The notes beneath the pieces are model-generated. The model saw only the letters and a list, made by a program, of their open reading frames with translations, was not told the DNA's origin and ran no database searches. Positions 11,701 through 20,129 of a DNA stretch of 64,000 nucleotides are shown here, piece after piece. Each line of letters opens with the position of its first letter. Positions within the stretch are counted from its first letter, which is position 1. The stretch is from Amoebophrya sp. A120 (lineage: Eukaryota > Protista > Dinoflagellata), in assembly GCA_905178155.1 (NCBI GenBank), contig CAJINV010000001.1, positions 13,842,664 through 13,906,663 on the forward strand. The letters are read 5' to 3'. The translations under genes were made by a program, and so were the position numbers.

Positions 11701-14700
11701 AAGGTTAACTATGACGCCAGCAACCTGCACCCGGACCACGGCAAGCCGGGACATGGCGAGGTGCACACCCGCACGATGGGCGTGGTCAAGTTGACAGACC
11801 CAGTCAACCAGATCCATTGGAAGCTCAACCCGGACCCCCAGACGGCGAAGAGAAATTACGAGCTTGCGGTCGGACTCTGCTGCGACTTTAACCGCATGCA
11901 GCACTGCCAGGTGGACCACCATAATGTCCTGCTGGTGGCGGACTACGTGCAGCTCGAAGGGGGAACCTTTGCGCACAAGTTGGCGGAGGAAAGCCGCCCA
12001 CACTTCGTCGCCAAGTACAAGCTGGCCATCCTTCTCGCCGTCCTTAACGGGGTCTACGGAGAGAATGTGCTTGCGGGTTCTCGGTTGAAGCGCGCAGCCA
12101 GTGGCGTCGGGCTGGACGCCACACCGTCCGCGATCGAAAAGTGGCAAGGCGTGGGCAGCCTGAATGCCATGGACGTCAAAACGGTGGAGGACGTGCTGGT
12201 GGATGTCGCGGCCTTGCGCAACACGCGGGGCAATACGAAGCTGGACAAGGACTTCCTGGCAGGTTGCGACTTCGCGCCGGCCCACGAACTGCTTCAGCTG
12301 GTCAACCGCAGCCCGCAGCTGAAGATCGAGGACGCCCGGCTGGTGAAGTCAGTCTACACCCAAAACCGCTGGAAGCAGGTGGAGGACGCTTACACCGTGA
12401 TGAAGCAGTTCATTGCGGTCCACGACGGGCTGGAGGCCACGGCGGTCACGGATGCCCTGACCAACTTCAAGGTGCAAATCAATGCCATGAGCAAAACGGA
12501 CGCCCTTTGGCATGCCTTGCCCGTTGTGATCTTCCTGACCCAGCAACAGGAGGAAATAATCCGCATGTACGCGCCGCTAGGCGTCCCGACCCTGGCGGCG
12601 CCGATCCGCAGCGCCATGTTCATCGTCAAGCACGCCTGGACCCAGATCACCGCCCTTGTGCCGGCCCGCAAGGCGAGGTTTGGAACCGTCGCCAACCAGG
12701 ACAAGGACCAGGGGCCCAGTAGCTCGGACGATGACACTGTGGAGTCGGGGGACGAACAGGAGAAGAGCGCTGGCAGAAAGCCCCGTGGTGGCAAGCCCAC
12801 CGCGGCGGAGAAGAAGAAGGCGATGAAGCGGGAACGCACGACCCGCAGGGGCAACGGGGCGACGCAGCGTACAAAGCCGCCGGTGGATGACCTCAAGAAG
12901 GACGAGATGTGGGCCCGCATCGTGGACAACCATCCCACCGACCACAATACTGCCATCAACCGGGTCGGCAATGGCCCGGACTCGGGGGCCAGCGCACCGA
13001 TGCGCAAGAGGGACGTCGCGGACAAGATCCGCAAGGACCGGGGCGACCCGGTGTACCGCCGCTCTTGGGACAAGGTCGTAGACTGCTGCTGCATCGATGG
13101 AGTGTATTGGTTCGTGCGGGGAGGTGGCACGATCGAGCCCTCCTGCGTGGCGGAGAGCGAGAAGGCGGAGTGCGGCTCGCCGGACTCCTTCTGCCGAGCG
13201 TGGTCCAACCACAAGTGCAACCGCAGCGGAAAGTGCGAACGCCACCACTGGCTGAAGGTGAAAATCGAGAAGAAAGCGTGGAAGGAAGTCGTGCTGTCGC
13301 AGCGGGGGAACTAGTCAATGGGGCTAGCTCTAGGCATGGCCTTACCGCCTCACCTCTGTGGGACGGGCCGCCACCTCGACTACCTCTGTAGCGAGTGCCG
13401 CCACGCTTTCCACCTCTGTGGGGCGGGCCGTAATACAACCACCAACGGGGTACCCAGACGCGCAGTACGCCTGGAGCGCAAACGTGTTTCATGTAAGTAC
13501 TCGCACGCACCTTGAGCCACAAATTGAACACATGCTGCCCACAGGTTGTTTTTGAAAAAATTAAAAAAATTCAACGCGCTCGGCACTAGCTTCGTGTGGG
13601 GGCAGAACACGTAGCAGGCAGGCGCGCAGCACCCGCGCAACCGCGTACGACGTTGGTAGCAGGGCACCTCTGCAGTTTCTAAGCGTAAACGGCCCGCCAC
13701 CCTTGTGTGGCATCCTCGTACGTTTTTGTTGGTTCCCGAAACATGAAAATGGACAAATTCCCACCCTTTGCAGTAACATGAGTTGAGTTTCTAAGCGTAA
13801 ACGGCCGTGGCCCTTTTGTGCGGTTTTTTGCTGGTTCTCGTAACATGAAAGTAGAGAAATTCCCACGCTTTGCAGTGACAAAAACCGAGTTTCTAAGCGT
13901 AAACGGCCCGACACCCCCGTGCCGCATTTTCGTACGATTTCGTTGGTTCTTAGAACACGGAAGGAGACAAATAGCGACCCTTTGTAGTGTTAGCCTTTTA
14001 GTCTCCAAGCGTAAGCGGGCCACGTTTGTTGTAACTCGTTTGGCCCTTCTTTGCAATTAAACAGAACAAAGCAGGAGCACAGTAGATGCGGCCGCACTCC
14101 GCGTTTGCGGCGGTTGCCACCCGGCCGGACGCCAACCCCTTCGCCACGCAGGCCGCCGCGGGCCCTGAAGCTGCGACGCCGGGCACCGAGGAGTACCAGA
14201 AGCTACTCGATGCGGGCCTGGACGCGACAGTCAACTCCGCGGCCACACTGGAGAAGCGGGAACGGGTCTGGAAGCAATTTCTCCGCTACTGTGCCGCGAG
14301 GGCACCGCCAGTGCTTCCGGGCAACATTGAAGTGAGTCACTTCCGGTACTTCGGGCTGCAGCTGGCCGCCGACGGGGCGCCCAGTCCGAATGACACCATG
14401 GGGCAACTCATCATCAAGGCGATGGACACACCCAACGCCCTAGCACCGGACACGGCGGGGATGCGGGTGATGGAATTCGCCCGCTGCCGCAGGGACGTGA
14501 AAGCCGCCACACAAAAGAACGACCCGACGCGAGCCATCCCGGCATTCCTCACTGCAGATTTCACAACACTGCCGTGGCGGGCGGTGAAGCAGCTCGCGCT
14601 CATGATGCAGCTGGGCACGCGCATGGACACAAACTGCGCCATTCTGCCGGAGGACCTCCGCTACGAGCCCGACCGCCTGCTGGTCTATATTCGCACGGAC

Positions 14701-17700
14701 AAGGTGCGTAGCATGGAGAAGCGCACTGTGGCCATCGGTTGCAACTGTGCGCAGGAGGGTAGCAACGTCGACCGGCAGTGGTGCCTCCTCCACAACGACG
14801 CGCTGCGACCGGTGCCCCTGCCCATTCTGCTGAGCGAGTGGGGCGACGGGCATGGCAACGCAAAGCAGAAGAAGTTCCTCCAGCTCATGGGCTGGACACA
14901 GCAGAGCTTCCGCCGCTACCAAGCGCTAGCAGCCCGGTACTACATCGAAAGGCGCATGCTTACCTTCGACCTGACCGGCTGGATGCGGGGCCGGGGCTGG
15001 GGAAAACTCAGCACCTTCCTGCGGTACTCGGGGGATTTTAGTACCTGGAAGCACTACTTCGCGGAGCGCGCGAAGTGCATGCCGGTGCTGGGCGCCATCC
15101 GGCCGCATGCCGTGGCATCGGTGAAGCAGCTGGCCGCTCACCTACGGTTTTCCGGCGACGTCGTCTTCAAGGATGCAGCCGGCGGGAGCGACCAGGAGTA
15201 CAGTGGGTCAGACGGTGAGCCGGGGAAGCCGGCGGGGCAGGCACAAGAGGGACGGAAGCGCAGCAGTGTGCTGTGCGAGGAAGCGCTGGATCCAGTGGAA
15301 GACGAACCGTTCTTCAGCAAACGGGGCAAATCGGCGGTGCCGAAGCCGCACTACCTGAAGGTGCCGCATGGACTGCCGCCAGGAGTTGCGCCAGCCCTCC
15401 AGCTGGCAAGCGCGCCAGCACCCTCCACGGCCCGGCCCATGAAGACCAAGGCCGCGACGCACAGTAACCGCTCCACCGCTGGAACCAGACCCGCACTACC
15501 GGCCGAGAAGGTCGCCAGCGGCAACCTCTTCATGCACCAGGGCAGACATTACGTGAAGCGGATGGAAGTCTGCCCTGCCTGCCCTCCACATAACGTCACG
15601 AACCGCAAACACCTACGAGAGCCACCCTGTTTACGCGACAAAGCCGGCAAGATTCGCATGGCGGAGTAAAGCCACAGGGCGGCGGGATCCGGATGGAGGC
15701 ACCAGCCACGCGAACTTGGATTTGATGCAGCCTCCGCTGCGCCCGGTGTTGCCACCTCCGTGGAACACTGGAACACGGCCCGGGCCACCTCTGTGGCCGG
15801 GCAGGGGGACGCCTCGCTGCCACCTCTGTGGCACGGGCGTCACGGTGTGGTCCTCGCTGTGCGCCTCGCTGCTGTAGAGCACGGTTTGAATACTGGAACT
15901 TGCGAACGCTACAGACCCGGACCTTTTCTCGCCATTGTGAAGGGTGTGACTCACCAGACAGTACAGAAATAAACGCAGGAACTCCGGCGCCCCGACCACC
16001 CCAGCAGCGGGCAATTTGTGGAAGATTTGTGTTCCGACGAACGGATCACGTGTGAGCAGAGATCAGCACGGCAAATTTGTATCAAAATGAAATGACTCAA
16101 TCAGGTACCAGCAGGGCGGAAACGTGCGCTGGGCGCTCCTGCCGCCAGCCAGGTACCTTAGTTAATACATTTAGGGCATCACATTCTAGGTTACGCAGTC
16201 AGCATGCGGGCGCGCAACCTCGTGAGGACCGGGATGGGGGGACCACCATCTGTGGCCCCATCTTTGTCACCCCGTGGCCAGCCCTCGCCTTAGATAGTTA
16301 GGCCCAGGTAAGCGCCTATACTTAGTTTGTGTTTTGCCGGGCAGTTTCCTAACCCGATGCACGCCCCGAAGGCGGGGCGCGAGTTTAAAAAGAGCAGCCC
16401 CGGAGCCTCCGCTACGAATCCCGCTGGTAGGGTGAAGACCAACGGGCGGAAGCCTCCCAAGCTGCCCTCCCTGCACTGCCGCCCTGTTTGCAGCGACCAA
16501 CGGCGCGCGCGGACCGACCAGCGCGCAAAGCAGTATGTTTGCGTGCTATTTGAGATCCTCGCGTTAGCGTACTTTCACGGCCTTTATTGCGTGCTACAAT
16601 TCCCTGGACCTCCGTGTTGTTGTTGCCCATGACTTGCATGAAAGTTCGGTAGGAGCTCTTAGACCCTCGCGCATGTCACTCGTAGACAGTTAACTTCGGC
16701 CAGCATCTGTATCCCCTTGATCCGCAGTGTGGCGGTTGTGTTTCTACTAAACGACAGGTATAATACCAAAACATGGTCCACCCGACCTGCCCGGCCTCTC
16801 CGCCAGAAGGCCCGGAGACATTCGCACGGCCGTGCACGCAGCTGGCGCATGCGATCTACGAGGCGGTGCGATTTGTGCAAGCGGCGATTGTCATCGATAA
16901 AGCGGCCACAAGACTGCGGGACCGGCTCAAGCAGAACATGCGGGACGCAAAAACGTCACCGTTCCACTGGAAGGAACGCCTCCGCACCGCCATCATTGAG
17001 CTCAAGGAGGTGCAGGCCCGCACGGAGGGACCAAATAAGCAGTTGGTGGAGCAAGACGCTCCGCAGCACCTTCGTCCGGTTCTGACCATGGACGGCATCA
17101 CCCGCAATGTTCTCGCAATGCGGGAGCTGATCGCCCTCATAGGGCACCCGGACGTCGACTTCCCGAACAGGGTGCTCAAGGGCTTTGAGTCGATAGGCAA
17201 CACCGACGCAACGGGCCTCTTCCCAGACGACCCGAAGGCCACGCTGCAAGGACCTGACGACGCCGCGCTCTTCTTCCAGGCCGGGGTAACCCTCCGGACG
17301 CACAAGCCGTCCGGCTTCCCCGACCACTTACTCGATGCCGTACTAGACGAACAACTCGCATTCGTAAAACGCGGGTGGAGCATCCCGGTGGACCCGGAAA
17401 AACTCATATGCCAGCCGGCATATGTATTTCCAAAAGATGAGTCCACGGAAGTGCGGCAGAAGGTGCGCTGCATCGTGGACAGCCGGGCGAAGAACGAGCA
17501 CTCCGTCCTGCGGGAGAAAATTTCTCTCTATGGCACGAGAGTGCTGCAAGAAGTGCTCGCGGGGCTGATGGCGCCCATCGGACAAGAGGGCGCGGCGGCA
17601 CGCATGCCGGTCACCACAACGTCGCGCGGGGCCAATGCCAGCATGCAAGAAAATCTGGCCGCCTACAAACAGTGGCAGGCCGACGGGGAGCAGCGCAAGC

Positions 17701-20129
17701 CAGCCACGCGGGCCCAGTTACTCGCCGGCGTCCGCGAGGCCAACGACCTCCTGCAGGAGGAAGCCACCAACCACAACGGCGTGGCGGAGGCCGGCTCGGA
17801 GGACGTCTCCAAGGCCTACCATCAACTGGGGGTAAGCAGGCCGGACCACTGCCCCATCGGGGTTTGGTCGAACTTGAAGGCGGCTTATGTTTATTTTTTG
17901 TCGGTGGTGTTGAGTTTTGGCTGCCTGCACTCCGTACCCAACTGGGTCCGTGCGGCGGAGCTTTGTATGGCAATCGGCATGCACTATGGTTTAATAACAA
18001 TAATATACGTAGACGATGCTTATTTCTTCGCATTAGATCGTGAAGGCGCCGAGCTGTCCCGGGCCCTCTTCCGGCAGATTGCGGCGACTTTGGGCATCGT
18101 CCTCAGCACCAAGCCGGGCGCGCAACAGCTCTCAACAGAGGGCAACTTCCTCCGAGCCCTGGGCATCCACTACCAGTGGCACAGGTCCGCGACCAACACG
18201 ACCATCCGCATCACGGTACCAGCGGAAGCGATCACCAAGGGCACCGCCGCCATTGACGCCCTCTTGCAAGAGACCCACAGCGGCAAGATGGTGCTAAAGT
18301 CGGTCCAGCGGGTCCTGGGCCTTGGTAACTACATCGTCTGCAATACGTACTTCCGGGCGGGCTCGGAGCTTTTCCGGCACCTGTACGACTGGGCGGTGGC
18401 GGACCGCTTTGAGCGGATGCGGGGCGACCGCAAACAGCGCCGCCAGCTGCAGTCCGTCCTGCTCGCAGTGAAGTCCCTTCTGCAGGTGGTGGTCCCCATC
18501 GACATCTCAAAACAGCCACGGCAGTCCCGCATCGCCTTTATGTGGCTGGATGCCTCGTCCGATGGATCGCCAAGCGGCGGGCCGATGGGGGGCGGGGTCC
18601 TCGTCACGACGGAGGGCGTGTTTGCGTTCTCGTACGAATTCCCGGTAGACCGGATCGCCCGGTGGTGGCCGCACAAGCTAACCATCGAGCACTACGAAAC
18701 CATGACGGCCAGAATCGCGCAACTCACCTGGCGCCGCCACCTCACCGGCGCGGCGGTCTTCGGCAAGATCGACAATAGCGGGGAGCTCTTCGCGCTGGTC
18801 AAATGCAGCGCCAAAAGCCAGCTCACCGCCAACCTGGCCGCCAACGTCGCCGTGGCCGCGCACTCGATGCGCATGGCAGTTTGGTGGGAATACGTGAAAA
18901 GCGAGCTGAATATCAGCGACCCGTTCACCCGGGCCGCCCTCATGCCAGAAGCAATCCGCACATTGCGGCCCACCATGTGCCACATTCCGGAGATCGACTG
19001 GCAGCGCGAGTTTGCCCCACCGCAACTCCCGCAACCTTACGCACTCCCGGAGGAACGCCCAACGAAGGCACGGAAGTGCAAGAAGAACTGAAGCACGCGA
19101 CAGGCGCGTGCTCACAGCACAACTTGAGCCTGAGTCATGTCCTGACGTCTCTGACGCGAACTCTCTTTTTCTGTATGTAGCAGCACGATAGTGATAAGCT
19201 TAGTTTCCAGCAGGTGCGTGGAGTTCCTCCTCGACGACGCAGTGGCCGGCGAGCCACCAAACCCGGCCTACCACCGGTACCGGCAACCCGTCACCGCCCG
19301 TCGCAACCTCTGTTGTGGTGAACTTGGATTTGATGCAGCCTCCGCTGCACCCGGTGTTGCCACCTCCGTGGAACACTGGAACACGGCCCGGGCCACCTCT
19401 GTGGCCGGGCAGGGGGACGCCTCGCTGCCACCTCTGTGGCACGGGCGTCACGGTGTGGTCCTCGCTGTGCGCCTCGCTGCTGTAGAGCACGGTTTGAATA
19501 CTGGAACTTGCGAACGCTACAGACCCGGACCTTTTCTCGCCATTGTGAAGGGTGTGACTCACCAGACAGTACAGAAATAAACGCAGGAACTCCGGCGCCC
19601 CGACCACCCCAGCAGCGGGCAATTTGTGGAAGATTTGTGTTCCGACGAACGGATCACGTGTGAGCAGAGATCAGCACGGCAAATTTGTATCAAAATGAAA
19701 TGACTCAATCAGGTACCAGCAGGGCGGAAGGAGGAGAAAAAAGCAGAAGAGCCGAAGCGCCCACCTTCCACCGGGGAGGAAACCAAGGTGTCTATCGGGA
19801 TCTTGTCCAAGGTGAAAAAGTGGGCACACAAGCAGAGCACTATGTCGTCCTGGGACGATGTGGAGGAGGATGAGGTGGACGAGGACGAGCTGGATCTGGT
19901 AAAGGAGTCGCAGAAAAACGCGAAGTTCCGCTTGGGGCTGCAAATCCGGACAAATCTGGACGAAGACGCGGCCGGAAACGACGCGCGGAAGCTGTCTCTG
20001 CGCCAGCGGTGGCGCATGGAAATCCGGGACATGGACATCGTCGCCATGAAACGCGACAAGAGCGACGGGCTCGAGTCGTTTGACGACATCAAGCGGCACG
20101 TGCAGCAGGGACGCTTTTTCGTTGGTTAG
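5756..20129 (+). CDS. Host protein of unknown function (~976 aa). Predicted exons 5756-6661, 6760-7956, ~8149-8234, 8390-8442, 9420-9708 and 19730-20129; last exon interrupted by the YR retrotransposon
   Basis: GT-AG intron 6662-6759. Probable intron 7957-8148. Removing introners 8235-8384 and 8443-9414 gives a continuous GDRYSVYRDVFDSLPNMMNTVESMKTELL. Removing 9709-19729 gives in-frame KDEKKKKKEEKKAEEPKRPP, running into ORF 19788-20129. Confidence 0.7.
8235..8384 (-). mobile_element. 150-bp introner, reverse-orientation relative of the element at 44212-44361
   Basis: TATGAACTGCAGAAGTATCG...CGATACTTTTGCACAGGATA termini. Imperfect 5-bp TSD TCCGT/TTCGT. Colinear with the reverse complement of 44212-44361 and the same length. 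Confidence 0.85.
8443..9414. mobile_element. 972-bp introner with perfect 32-bp TIRs and 5-bp TSD
   Basis: TATCCTGAGTAAAAACGTACCCACACCAGAGT at 8443 and its exact reverse complement ending at 9414. TSD AAGCA at 8438-8442 and 9415-9419. Excision restores VES-MKTELL. Confidence 0.9.
9709..9854 (+). repeat. Split direct repeat A1 (146 bp)
   Basis: Identical by eye to 16122-16267. Confidence 0.95.
10819..13314 (+). CDS. gag: Gag-like protein of the YR retrotransposon (831 aa)
   Basis: First ORF of the element. Pro/Asn-rich linker, basic region and a C-terminal C-x7-C-x5-C-x3-H zinc finger (CRAWSNHKCNRSGKCERHH). Confidence 0.75.
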   Translation: MAQPATAKDYFKFDGRLSLQPLGSDLAQKFRNFYHGYDCAGQQAKDDLGQLCERVVTSGGVQELTGLDPGNVFQLDTATMTFTPAQAEVAAKICMLQFFSERHANDGGLSKGYDMVTMQKMKDYALAVHNHQIAAINKPGAWTELLNTVAGQANAWLGVDIDPATTILIHTSNQPPTHQEAINGMLGIPNPPVPNPNPNPPLPPVLPPVLNPNPPVPGPNPNPPAPGPNPPAPGPSPPVPNHNNPPAPPPGGGQQNLAGGPNAGNQPAYMTITQSMVDVLRNMSGQSVAAPTKNKVNYDASNLHPDHGKPGHGEVHTRTMGVVKLTDPVNQIHWKLNPDPQTAKRNYELAVGLCCDFNRMQHCQVDHHNVLLVADYVQLEGGTFAHKLAEESRPHFVAKYKLAILLAVLNGVYGENVLAGSRLKRAASGVGLDATPSAIEKWQGVGSLNAMDVKTVEDVLVDVAALRNTRGNTKLDKDFLAGCDFAPAHELLQLVNRSPQLKIEDARLVKSVYTQNRWKQVEDAYTVMKQFIAVHDGLEATAVTDALTNFKVQINAMSKTDALWHALPVVIFLTQQQEEIIRMYAPLGVPTLAAPIRSAMFIVKHAWTQITALVPARKARFGTVANQDKDQGPSSSDDDTVESGDEQEKSAGRKPRGGKPTAAEKKKAMKRERTTRRGNGATQRTKPPVDDLKKDEMWARIVDNHPTDHNTAINRVGNGPDSGASAPMRKRDVADKIRKDRGDPVYRRSWDKVVDCCCIDGVYWFVRGGGTIEPSCVAESEKAECGSPDSFCRAWSNHKCNRSGKCERHHWLKVKIEKKAWKEVVLSQRGN
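13675..14021 (+). repeat. Degenerate tandem repeat (three units of 102-112 bp plus a partial fourth) between gag and YR
   Basis: GTTTCTAAGCGTAAACGGCC at 13675, 13787 and 13889, variant GTCTCCAAGCGTAAGCGGGCC at 14001. The intervening sequences are also similar (GGTTC, CATGAAA, AAATTCCCAC, CTTTGCAGT). Confidence 0.85.
14086..15669 (+). CDS. Tyrosine recombinase/integrase of the retrotransposon (527 aa)
   Basis: Catalytic motifs in order: LGTR (R), RTDK (K), QSFRR (H-x-x-R with H replaced by Q), RGW (W) and FLRY (Y). Confidence 0.8.
   Translation: MRPHSAFAAVATRPDANPFATQAAAGPEAATPGTEEYQKLLDAGLDATVNSAATLEKRERVWKQFLRYCAARAPPVLPGNIEVSHFRYFGLQLAADGAPSPNDTMGQLIIKAMDTPNALAPDTAGMRVMEFARCRRDVKAATQKNDPTRAIPAFLTADFTTLPWRAVKQLALMMQLGTRMDTNCAILPEDLRYEPDRLLVYIRTDKVRSMEKRTVAIGCNCAQEGSNVDRQWCLLHNDALRPVPLPILLSEWGDGHGNAKQKKFLQLMGWTQQSFRRYQALAARYYIERRMLTFDLTGWMRGRGWGKLSTFLRYSGDFSTWKHYFAERAKCMPVLGAIRPHAVASVKQLAAHLRFSGDVVFKDAAGGSDQEYSGSDGEPGKPAGQAQEGRKRSSVLCEEALDPVEDEPFFSKRGKSAVPKPHYLKVPHGLPPGVAPALQLASAPAPSTARPMKTKAATHSNRSTAGTRPALPAEKVASGNLFMHQGRHYVKRMEVCPACPPHNVTNRKHLREPPCLRDKAGKIRMAE
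15712..16121 (+). repeat. Split direct repeat B1 (410 bp)
   Basis: Matches 19320-19729 with one visible mismatch (G15741 vs A19349). Confidence 0.95.
16122..16267 (+). repeat. Split direct repeat A2 (146 bp), abutting B1 (circle-junction mimic)
   Basis: Identical to 9709-9854. Junction GGCGGAA|ACGTGCG. Confidence 0.95.
16773..19091 (+). CDS. Reverse transcriptase-RNase H of the DIRS-order element (772 aa)
   Basis: RT motifs VFPK, KVRCIVD, DVSKAYHQL, LSFG, YVDD and LGI. DIRS-type RNase H motifs WLDAS, IEHYE, IDN and YVKSELNISDPFTR. Confidence 0.92.
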   Translation: MVHPTCPASPPEGPETFARPCTQLAHAIYEAVRFVQAAIVIDKAATRLRDRLKQNMRDAKTSPFHWKERLRTAIIELKEVQARTEGPNKQLVEQDAPQHLRPVLTMDGITRNVLAMRELIALIGHPDVDFPNRVLKGFESIGNTDATGLFPDDPKATLQGPDDAALFFQAGVTLRTHKPSGFPDHLLDAVLDEQLAFVKRGWSIPVDPEKLICQPAYVFPKDESTEVRQKVRCIVDSRAKNEHSVLREKISLYGTRVLQEVLAGLMAPIGQEGAAARMPVTTTSRGANASMQENLAAYKQWQADGEQRKPATRAQLLAGVREANDLLQEEATNHNGVAEAGSEDVSKAYHQLGVSRPDHCPIGVWSNLKAAYVYFLSVVLSFGCLHSVPNWVRAAELCMAIGMHYGLITIIYVDDAYFFALDREGAELSRALFRQIAATLGIVLSTKPGAQQLSTEGNFLRALGIHYQWHRSATNTTIRITVPAEAITKGTAAIDALLQETHSGKMVLKSVQRVLGLGNYIVCNTYFRAGSELFRHLYDWAVADRFERMRGDRKQRRQLQSVLLAVKSLLQVVVPIDISKQPRQSRIAFMWLDASSDGSPSGGPMGGGVLVTTEGVFAFSYEFPVDRIARWWPHKLTIEHYETMTARIAQLTWRRHLTGAAVFGKIDNSGELFALVKCSAKSQLTANLAANVAVAAHSMRMAVWWEYVKSELNISDPFTRAALMPEAIRTLRPTMCHIPEIDWQREFAPPQLPQPYALPEERPTKARKCKKN
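19320..19729 (+). repeat. Split direct repeat B2 (410 bp), right terminus
   Basis: Copy of 15712-16121. Confidence 0.95.

Larger units (their letters stand above)
9709..19729 (+). mobile_element. Tyrosine-recombinase (DIRS-order; Ngaro/PAT/VIPER-like) retrotransposon with split direct repeats, 10,021 bp, apparently intact
   Basis: Three intact ORFs (gag-like, YR, RT-RNaseH). Repeats arranged A1...B1A2...B2. Shared GAA core at the left flank (9706-9708), internal B1/A2 junction (16119-16121) and right end (19727-19729). The empty site reconstitutes a host exon. Confidence 0.93.

Noticed and set aside
13675-14021. CRISPR-like array (20-nt repeat with ~90-nt spacers)
   Set aside because: The spacers are homologous to each other and too long, there are no cas genes, and the context is eukaryotic. 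It is a degenerate tandem repeat.
15712-19729. B1 and B2 as LTRs of an LTR retrotransposon containing only RT
   Set aside because: No TG...CA ends, PBS, DDE integrase or TSD. The RT/RNaseH is DIRS-type and the A repeats plus the YR gene explain the structure.
9709-19729. Assembly artefact producing the duplicated A and B segments
   Set aside because: The repeats have the ordered A..BA..B layout with a common GAA core, one B mismatch, and flanks that rejoin into an in-frame exon.
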